A DNA stretch of 63,503 bases, filler included, from Folioceros fuciformis (GCA_049999805.1; 7 parts of 7 records of this genome joined end to end with filler, not necessarily neighbours in it); one strand, 5' to 3'; shown: positions 1 through 13,366, counted from the first letter of the whole stretch. Notes: generated by a model not told the origin, from the letters alone. Made by a program: numbers and translations.

Positions 1-20
1 TTTGCCTTCTTGCCCCGCAG

Positions 21-209
21 TATGAACATCACGAGGAGGGTTCCGACCCGGAGCACGCTCAACGACACAAGCGCGAGGAGGAGTTGGCCGCGGCCGCAGC
101 CGCATGCTTCGCCGGCTACGGAGCCTACGAGCGTCACGAATACAAGGAAGCGGAACGACAGGAGAGGCGGGATGAGGGTGACGAAAAAAAGCACCATCAC
201 TGGCTTTGA
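21..209 (+). CDS. ASR: ASR (abscisic acid/stress/ripening, ABA_WDS) family protein, last exon only; 5' part outside window
   Basis: After acceptor ccccgcag (ends 20) it reads YEHHEEGSDPEHAQRHKREEELAAAAAACFAGYGAYERHE...KKHHHWL*. This matches the ASR motif DPEHAHxHKxEEExAAAAA and is paralogous to 3395-3580. Confidence 0.85.
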   Translation, partial: YEHHEEGSDPEHAQRHKREEELAAAAAACFAGYGAYERHEYKEAERQERRDEGDEKKHHHWL

Positions 210-1192
210 GAAGTGTCGACGATCTCTCACCTTGACGTAGCGTAAGGCATTCCAAGTCCCGCGAGCGAACACAATACACACTTCAGATGCACACGCCTTA
301 ACTGAATCCACTACAGTATTTATCCTGCGCAGGTGGTGGCCGAGCGGCCAAGGATTGGCAAGAAGAGCAGGAGGAGGGAAGGTCTACCGCCGACGTAGCT
401 GTGCAGAACCACTCCCTTCCATCTTGCACCTATTCTCTTCCGGAACAATGTCGCCACGACTGAGCGACTCTGCATCGCCAGAGGAAGCGGAACCTGATTC
501 CACGCAGAAGGTCTCACGACACACAAGTCTCTCACTTTTTTGCTCTAGCTGGGGACCTTCCCCATCCCAACAGCCTGGGGAACGGAGTGCGATAGGAAAC
601 TGAGGGCACTAAGGGCATAGAATTTGTCTATGGATTTTCTTGTAACGCTTGTACAGAACTTCCCGAAGATGCAGAGCTGTTCAGCGGCGATGCTTGCAGC
701 ATCAAGTTTAAACTCCTCATGCGCCATCTCACGGGAATCAACAACCTGGAAATTGGAGCTACTCCCCGTCTGGGACGACGAGAGGAGTGACTGCCCCTAA
801 TGACAACAGCGGGCATGAGCGGAGGTTTCTCGACACCATCTGATGCAGCCGAAGTCACAATTTCCATGGACATTCAGAATTAAGGTCCTCAGAGCCATTG
901 TTCCATGCAGATAAAGAAATGAAATCCTGCAGAACAAGTTTTCTGACCGTGGGCACCAGTGAGGACGTCTTATGAAGTCTTATGAAAAACATTTCTCAGA
1001 CTGGTTTGAGCGACAGGAACGATTGTCCCTCACTCTACCGATATCCACAATCTCCTTCCTTTCAAAGTCTAGCACAGGCTAACTTCCAATGANNNNNNNN
1101 NNNNNNNNNNNNNNNNNNNNNNNNNNNNNNNNNNNNNNNNNNNNNNNNNNNNNNNNNNNNNNNNNNNNNNNNNNNNNNNNNNNNNNNNNNNN

Positions 1193-1830
1193 AGATAAGC
1201 CTGCTCCAGCCGCCTCCCTCGTCGCGACGTTCCGACATTGGCACATACTTTCAGCAGACACAAATGTGTAGCAATGTCTGCAGAACTGAGAGCCTGTCGT
1301 TGCATCATTTCGTAAAGTTTCAGCCCCATACTTCTTATTAAGACTGCCAGACACAATCCTAGCATCCCTAACGCTCCTGCACTTGGGATACATGCTTACC
1401 AAGCTTCCACCCACAGCAACGACAGAATCAAGTCCCTGCTCTTTTAGCTGTGAATGAAGCTGCTTTATAAACCCTTTCAAACACTCAGACACCCACAGTT
1501 GCAGATGCCTGCAAGAGTAGACGAAGAGTCACTCCATGTGAAACATCCATGTCTTCATTCTGCATAGAGTTGTGAAGACTTAAGGGATTCTTCGCCTATG
1601 CCCTCCTGCTTAGCATGCTCTGCAATGATGGCATTCCAAGTCACTATGATTATCCCTTTCACCCTTTGTGCTTCCTCCAAACTGCCACACTTTGCACACA
1701 ATACATGTCCACCCAGCAGTTACAGACATCCAGATTCGGCTCGAGCGGCATTGACAGCGTATCATCATGTACCCACCTGCTTTTCAGATCCAAAGCCTGC
1801 TGCAGCTGTCCACCCTCGTAGAGCTGCTTT
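1193..1830 (-). pseudogene. Degenerate PLS-class pentatricopeptide repeat (PPR) gene remnant
   Basis: Frameshifted fragments LVDMY..AKCGSLEEAQRV, TWNAIIAEHAK, QLHSQLKEQGLDSVVAVGGSLVSMYPKCRSVRDARIV and LKLYEMMQRQ resemble PLS PPR motifs. No continuous ORF. Confidence 0.7.
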
Positions 1831-3017
1831 TACCACATATCCATCCGATCGAAGAAAATATCTGCTGATATGACTGTACAGCCCGATCGGCCTTACTGCT
1901 TGGTATCTGTTGGTGTAATTGCACAGACCGATCGGCCTTCCTGCTTGAAATGCGCAAAAATTACGGAAAACAAGAGGTAGACGTCCCCTTCAAACACGAC
2001 AAAGGCAATACTTTATTTTACTTTTGAGTGGACTCTTCAATACCCTCTAGAAGGTAATTGGCTGGCTTTCCTTTGCTTTTGTGGGTACTCTTCAACTTCC
2101 TCCAGCAGATCTAGAAGCTTTAGAAGTTTGTTGGTTTAGGGCACTCTTCATATTCTAGTTATTTTTCATATACATTTGGTTTTCACCGTAGGTGCACAAA
2201 CTTGTAGCTACCCAACATGAGATCCTTCTTAGTCATATATTCTTCTAGAATTGTGTAGAAGAGAAGAGAAGCTTGCCAATATCACTCTTGAAATCGATTG
2301 AACCAATAACTAGGTTCTTCTCTTTGTGTCATTAAATATGTTTTCAACTTGGTTCAATTGTCTTTCCAAATTTACTTACTCTTATCTTTTGTTTGTCTCC
2401 ATGGGTGAGATAGAAGCCATAAATCTTCCATGAACCAGGACTAGAGGGTTGAGAAAAGAGATAAGGGAGACTTGAAAAGGGAAACAAGAGAGAGATCATG
2501 AACATGAAGGATAAATCATAAACTTAGTTAAGAACGAGAGCCTTAATGCTTATCATGACTATCCTTCATGTTTGCTCTCTCTATTGTGTCCCTTGCCCTC
2601 TCCCTTGCCTCCCTTCTTCTCCCTCTCCTCTTTGGTTCATGTTGAGTTGTATCTTGATACACTGACTAATTGAAGGTGAGACTCGACTCGTACAGATCTC
2701 CTCTCCAACATTGGAGGACCCCAGATGAGGGAGCGACGTTGAGAGGAACGTGGAAGGGCCAGAAAGGTCTCACAGTCGGCGGGGGGTTCTGACTAGCCGG
2801 GGGGAGCTGCAGTCCTAGTCACTAGAGCGCACTGCAGATGACAGCATGCGCTTCCGGTTACCGCATAACATGTGTGCGCTTGCTGTCACCGGGGAAACAG
2901 CCGAGGTGGTTCACGGCTCACGGGGCTCTAAATTGAACATTATTTTCTGCAAACTGTGGTTCTTACAACTGTGTTGTGTAGCATTGTGAAGGTCGGGGAG
3001 ACGTGACAGCAAGCACA

Positions 3018-3580
3018 ATGTCTGAGCATCAGCACCACCACCACCACCACCATCGGGAGGACGTGATGGACAATCCCGACAGGTATTACGAGGGTCAGGG
3101 GTACGGTGCGCAGCCTGTACCGACCTCCGGGTACGAGTCACAGCCAGGGGGCTACGGCTATGGCGGGCAGCAGACGCAGCAAGGTGGAATGTACTCGGAA
3201 GGCTACGACAGGAGGCAGGGCCTGGAGCGAGACCGAGCTGAGGAGGAGAAGCACAGGAAGGAGGAGCGCCTGGGCGAGCTGGGTGCGCTGGGTGCCGGAG
3301 CCTTCGGTCTGGTAAGCGTTGCTGTTGGAACGGTAGTGTCGGTGGAAAATGGTTGCGTGGTTGGCTGACGTTGCCTTCTTCCCGCCCTCCGCAGTATGAA
3401 CATCATGAGGAAGGGTCTGACCCCGAGCACGCCCGACGACACAAGCGCGAGGAGGAGCTGGCGGCGGCGGCGGCTGCTGGCTCCGCCGGTTACGGGGCCT
3501 ACGAGCGCCACGAGCTCAAGGAGGCGGAACGGGACGAGAAGAGAGACGAGGGCCACGAAAAGAAGCATCACTGGTTTTGA
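3018..3580 (+). CDS. ASR: ASR (ABA_WDS) family protein, 2 exons (3018-3311, 3395-3580), His-rich N-terminus
   Basis: MSEHQHHHHHHH...EEKHRKEERLGELGALGAGAFGL|YEHHEEGSDPEHARRHKREEELAAAAAAGSAGYGAYERHE...KKHHWF*. Phase-0 GT-AG intron 3312-3394 with a ctgac branch motif. Confidence 0.9.
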
Positions 3581-5992
3581 AGTCCAGGAGTGAAACACCA
3601 AAGGGGCCTCTAACCACGCAGTAGGCTTACGTTATTTGCAGGCCCACATGCTTTAACCAGCTACATAATGTATATATTGTATATTTTTGTAGTTGATTCA
3701 ATTTTCGCGTTTTGAGTGGGAGTCTAAAGTTTATGCTATACCCACAAGCCTCCCCAGCGTGGAAGCTGGGAGATTCGTGATTGCAGTAGAACATGCCGAT
3801 CCGGCGAGATCAAAGGGATAATGTGATGTCTCGCCCGGCTTCCGTTAGTGGCCAGATGGTGGCCAGATGAAGCCGGTCTTTCCAGCGCAGTGCTCGGCGT
3901 TGGGTACAATTACAAAGGGACTCCAGTCCTGCTTCTGGAATAGCAGCAATCGTAGGTTTCGGCTTTACAGAACAAGCGCATTCCTTCGTCTTAAAAATCT
4001 TCAAAGGACGGGAGCGATCTTCTGGGTCCTTCCAAAGCGCACGTAGCTCTGAATCAAAATGTTCAAAGACTGGCAGATATCTTCTAGGTACTTGCAAAAG
4101 CGGATTGACGAGAACACTGATATCCCTTACCCTCGATCAGGTGACCCTCCAGAGAACTCATAGCCACTTAACACCTGCAACAATGTTTTCGTATGGGCGT
4201 CCACAAATATCAATCCAAGTTGAATATGGAACATCCTGTTCCAACCATTGATTGTCTAGAGGGTTGTGTGTTTCAAAAGTTGCTACCCTTGAGGTTGGAC
4301 TTCTCTGGACAGAGCATTTGGCCATGCCAAAAGACCATCCAAGTCAAATTTTGAAAGATATGTACCTGTCTTCCTCACCTTGCATGAACTTCTTCCTCAC
4401 CTTGCATGAACTACAAGCTTCGTATTCGTACCAATTTTTGTAAACCAGTTCAGCAGAATGGTCAGTATAGGCCAGTATCATACCAGTCAGTCGATGTGAC
4501 CATTTGCCACAATTCTCCAGAGTCAATGTGGGGTTATACTTCCGACAACAACTTAAAAGAGGTCTAAGTGTTTTCTCGGTGAGACCATGCAGGTAATGAC
4601 AATATTACGTACGTCCAGGATATGGAGAGGAGATAGAGACATGGTCGTTGGAACTCCAGGCAAGATATTCCTTCATATTTGGTTTAGTGTTCCAACTTCT
4701 TCGGGGTGAGAGATTTGCACACGCTTCGGGCCACTCGCCTTCTCGTTCTCGGATTGTTCTATAAAGAAGTGCAAACGACAGGCAAAATATGCCCTCTTTG
4801 GCGTTCCACCTTCTTCGGGTAAGGTTCCAATCATGTAACACTGGAGGCAGTAAGCATGCCTTGGAATTTTGCTTTTGTTGCGTAGCTGCTATTCCAAAGT
4901 TGAGGAAATGTTTATGCAGGAATCTACTCTAGTGAAAGGTTGAGCAAGAATATTGGGAGTATGTACCCCACTGACTGGACGGTATGTACCCAACCAAGGA
5001 TCGACAACGTGAAATTGAATATAATAGTTGCCCGCACGGGAGCCTGGCTCCATGCCACACTTGGATTGCTACCTCCTCTCTGTTTCCTTCAGATGCAAGT
5101 GTCCGTCCAACTGTGTTGCGAGACAAGGTTGTTGGAACTCCTGTGTCACCTCTTCCGGCTATCCCCTTGAGCCTGTACACTAGTGCATGGCATTGCGTTT
5201 CACACTCCCTCTCCCGGATCTAGTATCCACACAGCAAGGCCAGGAGAGCGTGCTGGTTGGTGAACTACGATGTGGATGACGCGCACTTCATTCGTCGTAA
5301 CACCTATCGCTCCCTGATCAAATACGAAGCTTGCACCTCGCCGAGCTTCCCCTATTCCGCCATGAGACTGCTCCTGCTCTTCCTACTGGTCGATTTGCAG
5401 ATGCTTATCCATCTGCATCAGAACTAGCAGGGGATACCACACGTGCCAGTGGTGGCATGGATGGCCGTGAGGCCTGTTCGGAATCCCGATGAGGATTAGG
5501 ATTAGGATGAGGATGAGATCCCAATCACGCCAACAAAGACTGCGTTCACCATTAGCAACTTGAAACCGGAAGACATGCTGTGGTGATACATATCATGAAT
5601 GAACATTCCATAAGAGAGATTCACTTTGTTGTTGGATTTTGCAGACTCTTTAACAATGTGCCCAAGAGCCAGTAGGTAGGGGACGTAAAGAGTTGGAGGC
5701 GACCCGGAGTTTTGGCTGGGTGGATCGATGGGAGTAGGGTTGGTGGGCACCGTCCAGTCCTGCTGTCTTGTTTGCTCCACGTCTGAGGCAGCCGGGTAGA
5801 GCCGAAGACTACTTTCTCGCACACACATATGTGCTTCCAACACGTCCGGGCAACAGTCTCCCCCACGTAAGCCGAAAATCTTGCGACTCCAGCAGTTGAA
5901 GCCATTTCAAGACACAAGCAGCCGATGCTTCCCACATGGGACAGGACCACCAAGCCCACTACAGGTACAGTGCCCTTGGTTTGCTTTCCACC

Positions 5993-5999
5993 TATAAAA
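5993..5999 (+). promoter_or_regulatory. TATA box of Root_cap gene copy 1
   Basis: cctataaaac lies ~110 nt upstream of the ATG at 6103. The other two copies have similarly placed TATA-like motifs (~9495 and ~11498, minus strand). Confidence 0.5.
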
Positions 6000-6102
6000 C
6001 GCACGGCTTCACTGGCAATCTCAAGCGATCTCAAGTGAGGTTTCGACTTGTGTCAAGCATCAATTTGCAAGGGCATTCCAGGAGATCTAGAGACCCCGCA
6101 AC

Positions 6103-7036
6103 ATGGCGTCCTTCTGCCTGGTAGCAGCCCTGGTGGTGCTCTTGGCGGTGCAGGCAGCTGCGACGAACTGGAGTAAGCTCCTCGTGTTGGAACGCCGGAG
6201 ATGCTCAAATTGTTACGAATCACTCACTCCTTCCGATTGGGTTGTTTTCAGATCCCTGCTACTACAAGCCCTCCCTGTGCAAGGACCCGGTGATCAAGAC
6301 CCCAGGAGGCCAGACATTCTACTTCCACGGCCACAAGGACGCCGACTTCTGCCTCGTCTCCGACGCTGACGTCCATGTGAACGCCCACTTCATCGGCCTG
6401 ACCCGGGCCGACGTGCACCGCGACTTCACCTGGGTACAGGCTCTGGGAATTCAGTTCGGCGAGGGCCACAAGCTCTACGTGGGCGCCAAGAAGGTAGCCC
6501 GCTGGGACGACGCCCAGGACCAGCTCATCCTGGCCTTGGACTCCACCCCGATCGTCCTCCCCACCGGCGAGGGAGCCGTGTGGAAGTCCCCCGCCAGCGG
6601 CATCACCGTCGAGCGCCTTTACGCGACCAACCTGGTCAAGATCTCTGCCGAAGGTGTGCTCGACCTGCTGGTCAAGGTCGTCCCTGTGTCTGAAGCGGAG
6701 AACCTGGAGCACAACTACGGCGTCGACTACGACACCAACTGCATGGCCCATCTGGACGTGAGCTTCCTGTTCGCCAAGCTCACCAGCAATGTCCACGGCG
6801 TGCTGGGCCAGACCTACTCTCCCACCTTCCAGATGCTGGAGAAGAAGCCGGGGCAGCTCATGCCCACCCTCCATGGGGACGAGAGCTACCTCGCCTCCTC
6901 CATCTTCTCTGCTGATTGCGCCGTCTCCAGGTTCGGCAACGCCGCCACCTCCGGTGCTGAGATCATTGCCAACCTTGCTGAGCTGCAGTGCGGGCCTGCC
7001 GGAACCGGCAGCTCTGGCATGATCTGCAAGCGCTAG
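6103..7036 (+). CDS. Secreted Root_cap / LEA-related family protein, copy 1; exons 6103-6172, 6252-7036
   Basis: Signal peptide MASFCLVAALVVLLAVQAAA. Family motifs FYFHGHKDADFCLVSD, NAHFIG, RDFTWVQALG, HNYG, AHLD, VHGVLGQTY, SSIFSADCAVSRF and C-terminal SGMICKR. The phase-1 GT-AG intron restores the frame (855 nt). Confidence 0.9.
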
Positions 7037-8360
7037 ACTCTACTCTGGATCGAGTACTTCCCTCCTGATACTCTTCAATTGATGGTAAGGAGGAACGGTA
7101 GACATACTACATGTATAGAAATTGCCTGCAATTTGGCCATTTATGTAAGTGTTTAGAGATAGCATGACAGCCTGCCTTGCATGTAGGAATCCTTGCATCA
7201 GGCAGACTGTGTCTGGGTCCATGAAACATCTAAGACCCTGTTGGCAGTGTTGGCCTCTATGCAAAATTGTACACTGCTTCAAAGCTATGCACTGTCCATT
7301 GATATCTACGTCCTCGGGAGAACATCGACTGACAGCTGCGGTGTGCTTTCGATACTGCCTACACGCGTTTTTTGTCTGTGAAAATCATATCATCTGGCTG
7401 TGGGGGTATCCGTGCAATGGACATCGTTTCTGTCTTGTGCCTCCCAGCAGGGGAGTCTTCAGGATGCATAATGAAAGAACAATGAAGAAAAATCAGCTCC
7501 ACCTGGCCAGCTACAAAATCATGAGTCCTGGTTGCCCTGTGTGCTTACTCTGTTCTATCTGTTTCAGCTGTCTCCTGCTTGGGAGTCTGGCCGCTGCATA
7601 TTTCAATTCCTTGTTAATTCTCCAAAATTAAAAAGTACACGCATCATGAGTCTTGCCCTGCCACTCTCTCTGATTCTGCTCCCTTCGCTTCATGTAACTC
7701 AGTCTTGCCTAATCAAACGAAATGTGCTTCAAGTGTTTGACACTATGTGTTTCTAGCTAGATGTTGCATAAAATTCTCTTCATAGTTGGTCTAATCGGGG
7801 AGTGGACCAACTACAAGAATTCAATCTGTAATTCAAGTATTCTACATTCTGGATGCAGCCAGATTGAGAGGACATAAGCAGCTTATTTACACGATCCACA
7901 CAGAACAAAGTTGCAGCCTAACATTCTCAGTACCACTGTAGATGACAACCATGGTCCATGCCAACAAGGTTGCTAGTTGTTATGCAAAGCAGGAATTTGC
8001 TTGAACCAGAGCCCGGACTGAACAAGAGCGGCAGAGTAGTTGCTGCTGTCATGGATGAGTAATATATATAGATGTTGTATAGCAGTGCCGAAGCTTGATA
8101 ACAATGGAGAGCGCCTTGAACTTAAATTATACCAGCTTCTGGGGACCTATACTCCCAGCTGCCATTGCTAGGAGGGCCACATTTCTGTGGCCAATTCTGC
8201 ACACATTATTGGTAGCGTAATTACTATGCTCCCCGGATAATATTAATGCTACTGGACGGCAATCGACCGAGGCTTGCGCCTGGAACAATTGCGTCTGATT
8301 CACGTGTGACTGAGAATTGGGCTTCGTTGGGCCCAATCATGCACGCACGGGAATTTCAGC

Positions 8361-9406
8361 CTAGCGACGGCACACCATGCCAGAAGCGCCTGAGCCGGAT
8401 GGGCCGCACTGCAGCTCGGCGAGGTTGGCAATGATCTCTCCAGCAGCTCCGCCGAACCTGCTCACGGCGCAGTCGGCAGAAAAGAGAGAGGAGGCGAGGT
8501 AGTTGTTGTCGTCTTTCAATGTGGGCATCAGCTGGCCCGGCAGCTTCACCAGAGGCTGGAAATTGGGAGCGTAGGTCTGCCCCAGCACACCATGCACGTT
8601 GCTGGTGAGCTTGGCGAATTTGAAGCTCACGTCCAAATGCGCCATGCTGTTGGTCTGATGGTCCACACCGTAGTTGTGCACGTTGTTTTCCTCCTCAGAC
8701 ACGGGCACCACCTTGACCAGGAGCTCCACCACTCCCTCCACGGCGATGGTCACCAGGTTGGTGGCTTCCAGGCGCTCAACGGTGATGCCGCTGGCGGGGG
8801 ACTTCCACACGGCTCCCTCACCGGCCGGGAGGACGACGGGGATGGAGTCGAAGCTGATGGAAAGCTGGTCCTTCGCGTTGTCCCACTGGGCCACCTTGTT
8901 GGCTCCGATGTACAGCTGGTGGGCTCCGAACTGGATTCCCAGAGCCTGCACCCAGGTGAAGTCACGGTGCACATCGGCCCGGGTCAGGCCGATGAAGTGG
9001 GCGTTCACGTGGACGTCAGAGTCAGAGACGAGGCAGAAATCGGCGTCCTTGTGGCCGTGGAAGTAGAACTGCTGGCCGCCCGGGGTCTTCAGCACCGGGT
9101 CCTTGCAGAGGGACGGCTTGTAGTAACACGGGTCTGTTACACCATTGGCAGAGACAACAACACCATTGCATAACATCAGAGCCGTAGGCGGGCAAATGGC
9201 GTCCACAGCTAGGAAAGCCAGTGTGATCGGCAGGCAGCCAGCCATTGAAGAAAGAATTGTGGGCTCGGCAGTGCATCGACGGAACGGCAGACAAGCAATT
9301 CAACGAACGAAGCTTGGTGAGGTCCTGTACCATAGTGCTTGTAGCCTGCGGAAACCTGCACGGCCAAGCAGGCCACAAGAACTGCCACCAGGCTCAGGAA
9401 TGCCAT
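8361..9406 (-). CDS. Secreted Root_cap / LEA-related family protein, copy 2; exons 9406-9331, 9133-8361
   Basis: Signal peptide MAFLSLVAVLVACLAVQVSA and the same motifs as copy 1. Phase-1 GT-AG intron; spliced length 849 nt. Confidence 0.9.
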
Positions 9407-10406
9407 CTTCGCTAGGATTGTTGCTTGCAAGAGGGCACCTGAGACTGAGAAAGCTGTGATGAGGATCTTGAAGACCTCCAGAGAATGCAGCTTCATATAG
9501 GTCCCCCTCGTCAGCCTGATTGGATGGACAAGTCACTCAGTGCAAGCAACCGTTCCATGTGGGATGGGACACGTCGGGATCGATTTCCGCGCCACGACCG
9601 GCACGTTCTCACGTGCTTCTCACGGTAACTGAAAAATGTTTCAAAACTTGGACTTCCATAGTCCTGTCAAAAGTAAAAGCGTATCTCTTGGAATGGATGG
9701 AGGTGGCCCCTTGTCCGGGCCACTGGAATGGCCGCCGAGTCATCTGGTCAATCGAAGGTGAGGAATACATAGCTGGAGCAACAAGCTGTTCGTCACAGCT
9801 CCAGTTGTCGATTTGGAGAATATCTCTGTTAAGCCTCAAGACAGGATTAGCCTCTGAGACTCACTGTGACGCTTGCACGGTCTGTACAGAACACATTACG
9901 ATGATGGTATCGATTGAGATGGATGGTGGAAGAACGTGAGCAATCATAATCCCTTCTCCTTGCAACCTTTTTTTCCCGTTCCGCAAATTTCTCTCCGTAG
10001 ACTGGGGCGTACCGCTAGCTTTCTCGTCTCGAATCTTGTTTGGTTTCGCCCATTGGAGTGCGTTCCAGCACTCATTCGTCCGAGCTTGAACTCTTTCGAG
10101 ACGTTCGTCAAAAGTAGACACAAGGAAAGACTGGCTTGGGAGCATTGGCTTGCATTGTGGCAACTACATTGATAAAAGCTCACACAAAGCTCGGCCACTG
10201 GCGATGGCACGATCATTTTATGCAGATCTGAACACCGAAAACGGTGTCATACAGGGATCATTATCATAGTATGTACCGACAGTATTATGTTCCCTACAAT
10301 ATGCCCCCACGATGATCCTACAGGATGCACCCAGCATGTGCTATTACTGACACGTTGGGAACTTGCGAGGGTCTAGACGTAGATGCTGTGAAGACAGCAG
10401 TTGTGC

Positions 10407-11399
10407 CTACCGTCTGCACACCATGCCAGAGGTGCCGGAACCGGTAGGGCCGCACCGAAGCTGGGCTAAATTCGGAATAAGCTCACCAGAGGATCCTCCA
10501 AACCTGCTGACAGAGCAGTCGGCAGAGAAGAGGGAAGAGGCCAGGTAGCCTCTGTCACCCCTCATGGTGGGCATGAGCTGGCCGGGGAGCTTCTCCGGCA
10601 TCTGGAAGCCGGGGGCGAAGGTCTGGCCCAACACGCCGTGCACTGTGCTGGAGAGCTTGGCGAACTTGAAGCTCACATCCAAATGCGCCATGCTGTTGGT
10701 GCCGTAATCCACCCCGTAGTTGTGAAGCTCGTTCTCCTCCGGCGTCACAGGCACAATCTTCACCATCAACTCCAGGACTCCGTCCACGCGGATTTTTACC
10801 AGGTTAGTGGCTTCCAGGCGCTCCAGGCTGACGCCGCTTGCTGGCGACTCCCACAAAGCTCCCTTCCCGGCGGGGAGCACGATTGGGATGGAATCCAGTG
10901 ACAGCGCGATTTGGTCCTTCGATTCGTCCCAGCCCACCACCTTGTTGGCTGCGATATAGAGCTGGTGACCTCCGAACTGCACTCCCAACGCCTGAACCCA
11001 AGTGAAGTCGCGGTGCATGCCGGACCTGTGCAGCCCGATGAAGTGCGCGTTGATGTGGAGGTCGGCATCGGACACGAGGCAGAAATCTGCATCCTTATGG
11101 CCGTGAAAGTAGAATTGGTGGCCCCCCGGCGTCTTCAGCACCGGATCCTGACACAGTGAGGGGAACTGCTTGCAGGGGTCTGCGAGTGGACGCCCATGTG
11201 GTCAGACACCCAACCGCACACAACTCACAGACGAGCAATTCTGATCACGGCGATCAGTGACAACTGCGATGGGTGAATTGCAGACAAGAAGGCTCGAGAG
11301 TGTGAGGGGTAGAGCAAGCTTACCATAGCCATCGTCCTGGCCGTACACAGTACCCACATACACCAACAGGATAGCCACCACTAGCTTGAGGGAACCCAT
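10407..11399 (-). CDS. Secreted Root_cap / LEA-related family protein, copy 3; exons 11399-11324, 11179-10407
   Basis: Signal peptide MGSLKLVVAILLVYVGTVYG, then DPCKQFPSLCQDPVLKTPGG..FYFHGHKDADFCLVSD. Phase-1 GT-AG intron; spliced length 849 nt. Confidence 0.9.
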
Positions 11400-13366
11400 G
11401 TTCAGAGGTTGTGGATTCCAGAGACTGGAGCTGCAGCAGAGGTAGCTCCAGATCAATGGAAGAAACGGATTGGATTGGAGGAAGCTCGGGAGAAGGTATA
11501 TAAGGACTCCCGCACCATGGCATGGGGTTTGGAAAACGGAGTGGAGAGGAGAGGCGAAGATACCACCACACCCGGCCGGCAGGGCTTCCGAGGCCCCGGC
11601 AGCCATGGTGCTGCCGAGCATAACGGCACCCGACCCGGCTCGGCTGGCATTTGTCAGAAGGAGTTTCCCAAGCCATACGATTATCCCACAGGGCACCGTA
11701 GGCCCGCAGGTCAAGAGGAACAAACAGCCCTCCGAGCGGCCCTTCTGTGACACGATTCTCATCCTATGCGTCCAAGTGCGGATCCATCATTACTGTGAGC
11801 TATGGTGGGAAACGGCTTTTGAGTATCTGAGACCTCGAACGGGAGGGCTCCGCTCATCGGTGAATGAAAACCGGCCTCGGGGGCCGGAGCTTTGTTATGG
11901 CTAACAATTCGCCTCTTTACGCTCCAGTGTGTGAGGCTATAAATCTTCCATGCCAACGCCAAAAAAGCCATACTACTCCCATCTTTTGATTACACCACTG
12001 CACTCCATCCTGCATCGGGCACCTCGTACCGGTAGGCTGTAAAGGTCACTGGTTAGAGTTGGACTCTTCACATACAACCCAAATGCATGTGGCTCTCGTG
12101 CTTGGGAGCTTCGGGCAGTTCGGAAGCTGCCCACTTGTGAACACAAAAGAGATCGCGACTTCTGGATCTCCTGCAGTCTGTGACCCTAAGCCATTGATCA
12201 GCATAGCCGTATGGGCAATATTCAGTGACGAGGGCACTATTTGGGACACTTCTTGAAATTCCCCTTGAAACTTGTGCTTAGTCCTTCAAGCACACTTCAC
12301 AGCTGGAACCTTGATATCTAAGATAAAACTCAATTGAATACAGAGTACAATAATCATTCGAGCATATACCGGAGTCGGACTCCAATCGTGCCAAAGCGAA
12401 ACGGTCGCCCTCCATTCGTGGACAGCCAACGAAGGTAGACTAGGCTACAAACGTGATGCGTGCAAATAATGCTGACTTACACGAATTCTTTCCCGTCAAG
12501 CATGAATTCCTGGGAAGAGAGAAAGAATCATGCGTTCCCGTCTTTGGAGCCTTACCTCCTGGCTTGCTACCGTGTTATGATTCCTATAAGTGATGATGCG
12601 TAGTTCTTAGATAGTGCAACATTTCATGAGATGTTTCATTCTGAAGGCAACGGAACCAATGAACCGGTCTCCAGGTACTGTCCTGCATCCTGGGGGATCT
12701 TGTCAGACCTAGTCTTTTGCTCCATGTTGTACCTATACCAGCAGCGCTTTCAAAGCCTTCTTCTAACAGAGAATGTACCACTTAGTTTTCACTCACCTAT
12801 GTACATCTATTGATAAATAATGCAAATCTGCAGGACGCTATATAATGTACAACCGGCGACGGCAATTTTTTCTGGTGTGAGAATAGAAGGCTTGGGTAGT
12901 ATAGATACCCAACCCCGCAGAACGCAGTCTAGCACGGAGGCAGGAACGGAAGCTGTCAGTGCAATCCACTAGGTATGCTACCCGTCATAATTATTCCAGC
13001 CTCTTGTACGGTATTCCAGCAGCACACAATTCCAGTCTTGATCTGATTACGCTGAGCCATTGAATATCCAGTTCCTCGTTCAATGTTCCTTCAAGCCCTT
13101 ACGAGGCTGACAATTAGCAGTTGATTTGACTACTGCGGTCGGATTAGGTTGCTGACTAGAGAGCCAAAGCTATCACTCATAGCAAACGTAGGAATCGGAG
13201 CAGGATCTGGCTGCAAACCACACACATAGCACCACAGACCAGCTGAAGGCAAGATGCAAATCAAACAAAGCTAAGGATTACTGATTAGGGATATATACAT
13301 GTTGACAATCACACACTTAGCTCAAAGAATTGTTCGATTACTGGTTAGCCATCAAATATAGGTGTG

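Noticed and set aside
6248..9173. Long antisense ORFs overlapping the Root_cap genes (6248-6874, 8592-9173)
   Set aside because: Shadow ORFs caused by high GC3 codon usage.
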